DNA of 47,276 nt, from NCBI GenBank assembly GCA_022813965.1, contig JALDZS010000071.1, positions 62,001 through 109,276 on the forward strand. Reading direction: 5' to 3'. The position numbers and the translations under genes are program-made. Each line of letters begins with the position of its first letter. Within the stretch, counting starts at the first letter, position 1. Under the pieces are notes generated by a model. It was not told the DNA's origin, searched no databases, and saw only the letters and a program-made list of their open reading frames with translations. Source of the stretch: Toensbergia leucococca. Its lineage: Eukaryota. Below, piece by piece: positions 33,929-44,241 of the stretch.

Positions 33929-35325
33929 CTTAGGGGATCCCTATGATGGCTGTTAATTGTGTGACGCAGAAAAGTGTCAGATGATTGAAACTACCTAGAC
34001 AGAAGTCATACAGAGGGGGGATTCTTATAGGTAGACGCACACTAACTCCTTTCTTTGTTTGTGTGACGTGAAATATCTCTTTTCTTATATTTTTTTATTT
34101 TTTAGTTAATGTGATCAGAACTTCCCTTGCTGTGAACAGTTTACACAATCTACTCTTCTCAATTAAAAACAATAAGAGAAGAGAGAGTAAGAGCAGAAGA
34201 TATAACAAGAGATTGAAGAAAAGCTTTTATTATTTATACCTTAATTTCAATATCATGACAAATCTATTAAATTAATTATAAGATCTCAGATACATAGCAA
34301 AACATCATATTTTGACTGAATTCTCTAACACTATGCAAGTCATTTACCTGTTCTGTTTTTGCGTGTCATTTTAGGAGTCAAATTATTTAAGAGAAAAAGT
34401 CAGGCTTTTGTAATCACATCCTAACTTGATTTCTCTCACCTTCAGGCTTATGATCACTCTCTCAGACACAAAAACATCACAATTTGATGATTTATTCTAC
34501 ATTCTGAATGCTATAAATAGCTCATCATTCACATGACTCATTATATCTTTCTTCACCTCACTCTCAGCTGTTTCACCTCACCTTTCACCCCCTTTAATGT
34601 CTCTTTCTCTTTCTCTTCCTCTTTCTCTACCTTCTCTACCTTCTCTAGCTTCTCTTTCTCTACCTTCTCACTCTTCACCTTCTCTAGCCTCTCTATCTCT
34701 ACCTTCTCACTCATGCACAAGCTCACCTTGTATTGTCACTTTCACAAGTTCATATTGAGAGTATTCTCACTGAGTAAAATTGTCAAACTCAGTCTGTTGT
34801 CATGGCCCCCCGTTGTCATAGGTTAGAGACATTTGAAGGATGTCTACGCGGGTTGTGCTATTGCTGTATCCTGCAAGGGAGGTAATAACTTCATGACGTA
34901 AATGATGCATGTGCAAGGAAGAAGACGTGAGTACCTATGTGGGGCGAATATTCAGGTATGTGTGCATGCGCCTGTGCCTCATCATTGCCTAATTGAGAGG
35001 GGTGTTTATGTATCAAAACGGGTGAACTTAGGTGATTCCTATGATCGCTTTTGAATGTGTGACACTGAAAGCTTTGAGAAGGTTGAAATTATATTAAGGG
35101 GAATCCTCATAGATAGACACACACACCTGCCCCTTTCTTTGTTTGTGTGACATGAAATATCTCTTTTCTTACATTTTTCTAACTTGCATTTAATGCAGTT
35201 AGAACTCACTTTCTGCTGTCTGTGATTTTTTCAATTTTTATTCTTAGAGCTGCTGATCGAGGGAGAGAGAAGAGAAGAAAAGAAGAGAGTGAGACAAAGG
35301 AAAGGTACTGATATAAGTCCCTAAG
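33929..35325. mobile_element. Degenerate repeat region with two diverged ~200-bp direct repeats (33929-34133, 35027-35219)
   Basis: A 40-bp core, 34048-34087 vs 35132-35171, is identical except for one CG>CA change. The interior is AT-rich and CpG-poor. Ends read CTTAGGG...CCCTAAG. Confidence 0.6.
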
Positions 35326-35332
35326 GGAAATT

Positions 35333-36953
35333 TCACCATGATTTGAATATGGATTCGCTTGAAAACGTCCAACAATTCGTCATGCTAAACTCGGGGTTGG
35401 GAAAGTAGTAGGGATGTTCACATTTGGAACTGAGGAAACGTCAGACGTTTGCATCGTGATAGACGGGTTGAACTTATCTTGCCAGATTGTTTTTCCGCGG
35501 CAATCAGAAAGATAGGCATCGCACCCTCGCAAAGGGCAACGACCTCGCTTCCAATGGAGACGCGTTACTGCGACTGCCATTTTGACCGTTGATCCCGCCG
35601 AAACTATTCTGGTCCAGTCATTTTGGGTAATAACAGAATCTCTATTATTCGCGTTCAACAAGCGGTATTGCCGTCTTTGAACGAGCAGTTCGCCAGGACA
35701 ATTTGCGAAAGTGACATTGAGCATAGCCTCAAAGATCTAAAGTTACGAATGAGTAAGTGACAGTTGAGCATTGAGAGGGCTAAGATAACTGCGAAGTATT
35801 CCAAGGAAGACCTACTTCCCAATGACGAAAATAAAAGTATGGTAGATTCTGGATTCGGCCCAGTACGTCCTGAAATCTAATACTGTTCTCGAGTAGCGAT
35901 CCAGGAATTGATCTCTGAAGAGCATGATTCTGTATAGTCAGAAGTAAGGCGAGAATTTGATGATTTGTCCTCAGGATGGCCTTGAGTAGCTCAATTATCT
36001 CTCGAGGGAATTTGGAGATCCTACAAATCGAATCAGACTAGTCATTTTAAAGTCACCACGAAAGCTCAACAATATTCAACAATAAGTCTTACGCTCTCAA
36101 TAACTCCTCACCTAGTGATTTCAGCTCGGAGATGCCACATTGTATAGCTTGCAATGCATTCGAGATTCGTGGCAAGTATGATTCCCAACAGCGCTTGCTG
36201 AAGCCAGATTGTGTAGAGGACGACGACCTTTCACTATCGTTGGCGAGGGCAAGGAGTCTCGGAAAGTAGTATTCTTGGCAACGCTCCAAGAGATTGAATC
36301 GTCCTTCTAGACTTTCCATTTGACTTGAAAGCCCCAAGCCAAGAGACTTCACAACATTGATTGTATGTAGCTCAACCTTATTCTAGGACTGCTTTTCGTT
36401 GTATTCGAGGACTTTGCCAAGGTGTGCCTCTACACGGCTGAGTGACTCTCTGTTGAAAATTAGAGCAGAGAAGCAAAGTAAGTCGATCCTCGGAGAGAAA
36501 GATCGTTGACTCAAGACAGTCTTACAAATTGTTGGCCTCAAGCAGCAACTGGACTCCAAGAACCTTGGCAGCTACCAGAGATCGGAGGGGGGGAATCTCT
36601 GCGCCGAGAAAGATTGCCCATTGTGCCTTTCTGGTTGTCCGAACCAGTGCGCCCCTTGTTGCTTTTACGTTCAAGGATCTCTCAAATTTAGCAATCTTCT
36701 CAAGAAAGGTCTCGAGGTGCGGCTTGCATGATAGCGTCAAATCTCTCACTGCGTTGACATAGCCAGCGTTGGAGTCCGTAGGATTCAAGGATCCGAGCTG
36801 TTCCAGGATATTGACGAGGGCAGTCAGCTCCTGAGAGACAGCCTGATATTCTTGGGCAGCTCCTCCGCTGTCCCGCAGTGTCTTGGTGACCTTGGTGATA
36901 AGCTGAATGGCAGCAACGAAGTCGCCGGCGCTGAAACCAAAAGTCGGTGTCAT
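35333..36953 (-). pseudogene. Disrupted gene: HeLo-like/STAND N-terminal domain + ubiquitin-like domain + Cys4 zinc ribbon
   Basis: MTPTFGFSAGDFVAAIQL...SGGAAQEYQ (fungal STAND N-terminal type) and IRFQDVLGR...LPYFYFRHWEIFEAML...F...PG...V....Y.L (fungal ubiquitin-like module), then CPLRGC...CSKC. In-frame TAG at 36385-36383 in exon 2. Confidence 0.72.
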
Positions 36954-37564
36954 GAGTGTTGCGCAACGCACTCCCTATATGATGAACAGACAATTATAAA
37001 GACAATTGGAGGAAGTTTTGTGTTATACTGCCTATATCAGTGGGAGTCTAAGCTCAGGCTGTGCGTGATTCTAGAATAAGTCAGCCTTGTCTAAATGTCA
37101 TTTCGTGCAACGTCAAACCAGGTTCTTGGACGAAAATTGTGGCTGTGCTGGCGAGCCTCATCTGTTGTCCCCCTCCACACTTCGTTGCCTGTTATATTTG
37201 CTGAATACTCCGGATACTTGTGCAGGCTATTGACGTGTCATTTCCCGTCTTCTTTAAAGTCTCTCTACTCCGTACCACACGCCTGTGGCCTTGCACTCTA
37301 AGAAAGCAGGGTTTACGACATGCCTCATTCTTTCATGAATCTGTTTGACTTTTAAACCTTCGGTCCAGACATTGATGGTCTTGCAAAGTCATCAGTGTGG
37401 GCAAAATGTACGATAGATACCCTCCAACCATGCCCCTATCCTTCAAGCAAGCAATAACTCGATTGCGCGTTTGTTCCAATCCAACGATTCTCATTGAAAC
37501 GACATTGATATATGAATATCGAGTCGTATCCAACGTCAGATACCCTTGCAAAATCAATTTTCGT

Positions 37565-38520
37565 TTACTGAGCAAGCACCTTATCAAAAACCTCCAGAGT
37601 GTGCTCCCAAACCTTCTTTTGCGTTCCGTCTTCCTCATACTTGGACAACGCTGGCTGGGCGCCTGCATCCTCAGCATTTTCCCCGAGTCTGAAGAAGTTC
37701 TTTCCAGTACTAGTACTGTATCTCTCGTTCGTCAGCTCATACAACCCCATCTGTCCGGCCTCTTCCGCAGTCCAAGCAAAAAGGTGGAAAATTGGGATCA
37801 CGGCCCACTTCAACAGCCAGCTGAATAACACAAGAGATCCTGTCATGGTGTCTGCCAATTTACGGTGTACCGAGGTGCTAACCACGCCAGGATTGCTGTG
37901 TATGAAGCTGATTTTAGGATTCTCCAACGACATTTCTCTCATCACCAGGCTCATCATCGTCACACCTTGTTTCGCGGCCGCTATGAAGCGGTAATTCTTT
38001 GGGTCTGAAAGCCCTATATCAGCGGTGCTGAGCGCGCCCTCGTGCCCAGCTCCAAGAATGGAGATAATTTCGGATCTGACGATTTGTTGAGCAATGGCAT
38101 CAATTTTTGCATGAACAGTATGCGCGAGTAGTATTTGACAGCAAGGTCTGTATTGAGGCTTTCTGGTGTCAATTCATGCCCTGAGAGAGAGAGGCCGCCT
38201 TGTGACACCCATAGCACGTCAATTGCTGATTCTTGAGCCTTGATGGTTGCACAAACGCGATCGACATCTATGAGGAGAAAGACTTGTGCTTCGATGAAAA
38301 TGAGCTTGGCGGACGTATCGAGATCTTGGAGCTTCGTAAGGACAGGCGCAAAGTTGGATTGCGAGCGGCCAACGAGGAAGATCTTCGATGATGTGGTACT
38401 TTTGAGCAGTGCTTCAATTGCTGCTAGGCCAATACCTGATGTAGCGCCTACAAAAACAACTGCGAGTGATTGGGATGAGATGGAGTTATTGGCAGCTCGG
38501 ACAGCTTCAATTGTGACCAT
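37565..38520 (-). pseudogene. Short-chain dehydrogenase/reductase with a 1-nt frameshift
   Basis: VFVGATSGIG Rossmann motif, YYSR and FIHSNPGVVST. The frame shifts at about 38069 (CCG AA ATT ATC TCC ATT CTT GGA GCT GGG CAC GAG) with no intron available. A sequencing error cannot be excluded. Confidence 0.78.
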
Positions 38521-38860
38521 TTTGCAGAATTAATGGGTCGTCAATGGTCTTTATGATGGTGCGGTGCTGTTACTGTTAATGTTGTTGTTGGTGAAGAAAG
38601 AATAAGGAATATTTAGTGAACGCTGGCTGAACTGTCCACATGTGACACTCATCAGGTCTGAAAATAGAAATGACAGACTCACTTAAAAGATTGAAACAAC
38701 GTTTAAGATATTATTGAACTGTGTCTCATGTCTCTCAGTTATATCTATGAAGTACAAATATACAGTTCATGATGATGATGAAGAAACATGATGACATCAG
38801 GTGGTATTCAAAGTGACAAATACCGCGGATGAGGAGAGAGAAAATTCTAGTAGTAACATG

Positions 38861-39164
38861 TGTTGAGGTTTAGAATCAATATATATGATGAATATGTGAT
38901 CATTTGAATAGATTAATATATTAGAGAACTAGTAGGTCAAAAGACTCTCTATTTCATAATTACTTTTTAATGGGATATTACCCCATTCTTATACCTAACT
39001 CTCCATGAAAACACAAGCCAAATAGGCACATATGAGAGAATCACGCCCAAGGCTAGATAAGAGCATTCAAGGTTAGGTAGGGCATATGGAATCACATGAC
39101 CCACTAATTGGATCCTCATGCAATAATCCCATATGTGATTCGCAATCACTCGATAATATCAACA
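38861..39164. mobile_element. Solo LTR (304 bp), probably Ty1/copia-type
   Basis: TGTTGA...TCAACA inverted termini flanked by a perfect 5-bp target-site duplication ACATG (38856-38860, 39165-39169). AT-rich and CpG-poor. Confidence 0.85.
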
Positions 39165-39224
39165 ACATGGACAAAAAAAAACAAACATTGCCCCTAGTAG
39201 TGTGCCCGGCAGAGCGTCCTCCCA

Positions 39225-40634
39225 CTAGAGACTCCATCCAGCGTCCATCAACTTATCCAAAACCGCACACAACGAGTAAGTACTATTTCCCACCTGGTAG
39301 AACCCCGCCACACCACCATGGTCCCCATCATCCCAAACAATCGGAGCCCCACACAATCCATCCCCCGCCACTTCCCCAGTCGGACCCGTATTCTCAAAGA
39401 CAATCTCCCTCACGAATTCCGCGTACTGTATCCGTCCCAATGGGTCATCCGAACCTCGGCCTCGGGACGGTACATGCCACATCGTTCCTATTGCTCGCAG
39501 GGATACCAGGCCAGTGGAGAAGCCGTCGCAACAGAACCATTGTGACATGTTCGCCAAAGGTATCTCGGTCGACCTGAGGAGTCTTCTAGGGACCGTCCCG
39601 TCGAAATACTCGGTGTTGCGGAACGCAACATGATTTTTTAGCTTTACTAGAGCAAGGTCCTCTGCCTCATATCTTTCATCAATGGTTCCTAGTAGACTGG
39701 CGTTCCCATCCGGGTGCCAAACTTCGTTAGTATCCAGGAAAGCGTGATTTGCGACGGTCAGCCGCCTTTGCTGTGTGGTTATGTTTCTTAGAAGCAAACC
39801 GGCAGATGTTGACGCGGTTAAGCCGTCAACTTTTACTCCAGGATTTATGTATCCTTGTCGATCCAGGTAACCTGTGTCGTCCACTGCACCTTGGTCAGGC
39901 TTTCGTAGTCGTTCCAATGCTCTTTGCTCCATGTGACTCCAATACGACTCTGACCCGTGGTAATACACTGTGGCAGCGCCGCCGACTTTGCCTGGTAGAC
40001 TTTGAGTAGTATATTGGCGTCCATCACCCCCGACGAGAATCGCCACGTTAACGACACTTGAAAAAATCATTGCCTCCAGGTTACATACCTGCCGTAACGC
40101 GTGAATGATTTCGCATTTCTGGCCTGTCGTTGATTCAGAACCGTTCAACTGGAGTGGATACGGGTCAGGGAGTCGATGAAAGCCATAGTTCGTATTTCCG
40201 AGAAGGCTTTCTGGGCATTCAGTGTCTGGAGGGAGAAACTTGGCGGCCATGCCGCCTACGGTCAACGGCATCGGATTTGGCGGCGTGAGGGTACCAAGGA
40301 TCATACAGGAGAATCCGAAGAGTAATCTGGTGGCGGAATACGTTGTGCAGATCCAATCCACGATTTCGGAAGTGGAATGCTTGTAGCGTTGCTCTTCGTT
40401 GTCCCACATGTCAAATGGTGCAACATCATGTATGTGGCGAGATCCTGATCCTTGGCTGGTCAGCCATCGAGTGGGACTTTTTGCGGGTAAGATTATCTGC
40501 GGGTCGGTTTGCCGTAGACCGAGCTCGGGTAGATTCCTATCTGGTCTCGCTGCATATGCTAGGTAGGGCAACTCTCTGCGGATATGTTTTATCGCTGGCG
40601 AGACACGCTCAGGCGTGAGAGTTATGTTTGACAT
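39225..40634 (-). CDS. Hypothetical protein (469 aa) with a C-terminal chymotrypsin-like protease fold and predicted His-Asp-Cys triad
   Basis: Intact intronless ORF. The motifs LTVANHAF, EDLALVKL and GDGLCGAPIV occur in the trypsin order. Fold assignment is by eye. Confidence 0.7.
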   Translation of the reverse strand: MSNITLTPERVSPAIKHIRRELPYLAYAARPDRNLPELGLRQTDPQIILPAKSPTRWLTSQGSGSRHIHDVAPFDMWDNEEQRYKHSTSEIVDWICTTYSATRLLFGFSCMILGTLTPPNPMPLTVGGMAAKFLPPDTECPESLLGNTNYGFHRLPDPYPLQLNGSESTTGQKCEIIHALRQVCNLEAMIFSSVVNVAILVGGDGRQYTTQSLPGKVGGAATVYYHGSESYWSHMEQRALERLRKPDQGAVDDTGYLDRQGYINPGVKVDGLTASTSAGLLLRNITTQQRRLTVANHAFLDTNEVWHPDGNASLLGTIDERYEAEDLALVKLKNHVAFRNTEYFDGTVPRRLLRSTEIPLANMSQWFCCDGFSTGLVSLRAIGTMWHVPSRGRGSDDPLGRIQYAEFVREIVFENTGPTGEVAGDGLCGAPIVWDDGDHGGVAGFYQVGNSTYSLCAVLDKLMDAGWSL

Positions 40635-41647
40635 GGTGCGTAACAAAGTCAAGCTTTGAAGAAGAGAGTACTTTGGCTGAGTAAGTTGAGTGTGAGAGGG
40701 GAGAGTACTTCAGCAAAGTTTCGCGTTCCAGAACAAAGACGGCTATATAATCTAGGATGTGATTGAGTAAGATGCTTTAGTTGAATTTCATAGTTGAAGG
40801 AGTATTTACATAGGCAGAATTATAGTAAAGAAAGAGAAGGAAAGTGAGCATGGGCGAGATCAAATAGTCAATGAGGTTGATTTAAATTTGAACTCAATTT
40901 CAGAAAACGTAGTAGTGAAAAATTAGGTATGAAAAGCACTTTAGGCTTTGCAGGTAAGCGTGCTGGAAGTGATGAAGGACGTATGAATGAAAGCTCAAAG
41001 AGCAAGCAATACTGTCTCAATTACGTCCTAATTGACGCTGTCGCTGCGGATGATGCCGCTTCTATAGACACAATGAATATATGATGAACAGTCACAGAAC
41101 CTACACCGATACCTCGTTGCAGTAAATGCCTGAATTACGGAGTGGCAATAGACTTCTATCTCTGTATTTATGCTGTGTCATTTTTAGCCAAATGACCGAA
41201 AGCATTTTCGCCATTACTTACCTGTCAGTCTCTTTAATATATGACATCTGAAGTCTGACTGCTATCCCGTAATACCATATTAATATCAATGTGGCCGCTC
41301 TTAAATAGCCTTAACTTCGGTAGTGGCTTTGTCTGTTTGATGGCGACTATGGATGTTAGATCCCACAAGTCATACATAATATAGCCGTTCAGATCCAACT
41401 TCGTCAAAAGTTGAGAAGAGGGGAGCGTATGTGAGGGTTTGTGAGGCGGGAAAAGAGGTAGGAAACAGGAGTTCCGAGCGTGGGGAGTGGGACGGTTTGA
41501 GACATGCCAATGCTATGCAAGACACATCATTGAAGTGAAGTCCATGCTTCCTGTCAAAGTGAGAGAAATATGTCGGGAAAGTACCCTTTTTGAGAAGATT
41601 AACCCACTCCTCAACTATCAATGGGCTTTCGTACCAAGACCTGTACC

Positions 41648-43633
41648 TCAGCCCCCAGAGCCAAACCCCTGAATGCGTTTGGCAAATTCACGTTCATCCA
41701 CCTGCTTCTGTAATGGCCAAGATACTGGGCCCGTAAGCCGGTAGACCTCAAGTTTCTCAATGCGCATGCTTGTTTCCCAGCCACGAGCACGTGCGTCACA
41801 TTCTGTAGCAGTACCGACATCTCGATAGACGATGGCCTTGTTGAATTCATCCTTTTCAACGTTACCACCCCCAGTGGCAGTGAGACTTTTGAACGTTGCT
41901 ATTCCGTTATCAAAATCTACGTGCAGGCCAGTACCACCATTTGGACCGAATCTCATCCAACCTTTGGTCCTCTTTTCTTTATCATTGCCGGTACTAAGTA
42001 GGTCCCTGACTCTTAATTCGGAAATAGGGCGGAGGAGCTCATGCCGCGGCTCGAGTTGGAACAGCATATGAGCGGAGCCAGCCTTGTACTCATGCAGACG
42101 CTGCACGTCCCAGGGCGTTGGCATATAAGCGCCAAACGTGACCGGTGCATGGGGATGGATGGAGTCTTTTTCAGTTGATGTTGCAATCGCATCGCCGGTA
42201 ACGAGGAGCATGGTTGGCACCCTCAAGGGCCCGAGAGCGGTAGCAAAATCTTCGATGGAGAGACTACTAGCGAAGGCAGAGTATGCTACTTCAGGGTTCT
42301 GGAGGTTATAGCGTACCTCTGCGCGGTGGTGCTCGACAAGTTGATGATTGAAAGTTCTGTTAGATACTAAGGGGTAAAAGAAGGACAGGTATTGAGCTTG
42401 AGGAAGCGAAATTGTAGAGGTCGATTGAGGCAAATTACGGATTTGGTCAATTGGGGAGGGTGACAGAGAGATGAAGGCTGTGAAAATGAGTCGAAATTGA
42501 AAGAAAAGGTTAGGCTTTAGATTGAGTTGTTAGTGAAGCCATTTTATGGCAGTCGGAGAATCTCACCAAATAGATGCTCAAGACGTTTCTGAAAGTCTGC
42601 CACCCAACGTCAGTCTCACCTTGCAAGATGAAGTGGCTAAGTAATACATTCGCGATTTCATCAAGATTATCGCATTCTGGGTCAATTGAAGCAGTATGGG
42701 CAGTGCTGAAGTGAGCACCCCACTTTGGTTTATCAATTTGTAGGCTCAACAGCAGCTTCAGTAGATTCAAAAGGTCTTGGCGAGGAATAGAAGTGTATAC
42801 GCAGGCGTGGCACCCTGACGATGCCAAGATGCTATTCGCATGTGGCCGAAGTTCTTCGCGCGGTATAGATATCTTGTAGTAATCCGAAGGCTGGACAAGA
42901 GCCAAGACGCCAATAATATCTTCTGTTACCAACACGTTGGCCTGGCTAGGCTCTACCTGGGAAGACCGAGCTGCCAAGCTCCTGAACATTCGTCGCAGAC
43001 CTTTGACTTCATGAGTGACCACATCGGAACCTTGGTCGGCGTTCACTGCAGCACCAACCACGTCGTTTCCAAGTCGTGAAATGCCATCGGCAGCAAGAAA
43101 GGCCACGGCGCGCATGAAAGCGCTGTAATCCAGTCGCTGAGATGGCTTCTTAGGCAAGGGAAAGTAGGCCCAAAAGTGAAAGCACCGCCACAAGATCGGA
43201 ATACTCGGATTCAGAGCATCGCATCCAGGAAAATGACTGGACAAGAAACATTCGAGGTCTACCTCACTCCAATCTACAGAAGGTCAGATGGGACCAAGAG
43301 TGAAGATCTGCAACTTCATTACATCGAATCTCGTCATTTTTATTGACTGATCCGTACGATTCAAATATATCCTTGATGTGAGTCTTGGACTCGGCACTAC
43401 GGATGGCTGGAAGTGGTAAAAAGGCTGCGGGGCCCTCATAGAATTTGGAGGTGAGGGTTTCATGGAGTGAATCTGGTTTGATAGAATCAATTCAGCTTGA
43501 TAGCAGGGCCCTGGTGGTGATACGGCTGACCTGCGGTAGCATTTCCAAGGCATTCGTGCACACTTGGATCACTTCTAGCCATCCATGGCTTGGTTAATAA
43601 TGCTTGGTCGAGACTGGAGACAGCGTTTCCCAT
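41648..43633 (-). CDS. TLDc-domain (Rtc5-like) protein with an N-myristoylation motif, 4 exons
   Basis: MGNAVS start. Three GT-AG introns keep the frame open. C-terminal PTMLLVTG, FGAYMPTPW, LFQLEPRH and IEKLEVY match the TLDc pattern. Confidence 0.75.
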
Positions 43634-44241
43634 TGGCGGCGTAAGGTCACTAATCGATTCTTATGGTTCCTCTAGATGATACTGCTTGTTTCGATACGTA
43701 CAACAAACGCTTATCGTTCCTATTACATCTTTGGAGTTGAAGGGGGGATGCGGGTAGGTTCGATGAATTGATAAAAGATACCTATTTCACTGTTGGTACA
43801 TGCTATCAGTCATGTCAGCCTCAGATTCTCTTTTGTCAAGGATTGTCTCGGATTGTCTCAGTGCCTTAGATGCCTAAGTCCCTTCCGGTTAGTCATATCC
43901 GCTAGTAATCCCCCTGGCTCAAGTCTCATCGAGGTTATGAAAACCGTCACAGCTTGCTTACAGCACCTCTGAATCAGCATGTACTGCCTGCTCCATTGGT
44001 CCAGTCGTACTTGCGCTTGATGCTGACAAGCAAATGGGGTCTTGAAGGTTCCATCAATACCTTTGAATTGAAGGAGTGAGTCGGCCTCATTGAGTATCTT
44101 TTGATACGTTCTTCAGATTTCGCTTTCTTCATTCTGCTTAATCTCTACTCCATTAATGTTACTATCAAATACCACCATCCAGGACTCGTTAAAACCGTAT
44201 ACGCCGTTCCTTTAATTATCGTTTAATGGTACTGACTTCCA

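Noticed and set aside
34533..34826. F/S-rich 97-aa ORF
   Set aside because: Translation of a pyrimidine low-complexity tract inside the repeat relic.
38060..38075. Programmed ribosomal frameshift in the SDR
   Set aside because: No X XXY YYZ slippery site or obvious downstream structure. A 1-nt deletion or sequencing error is simpler.
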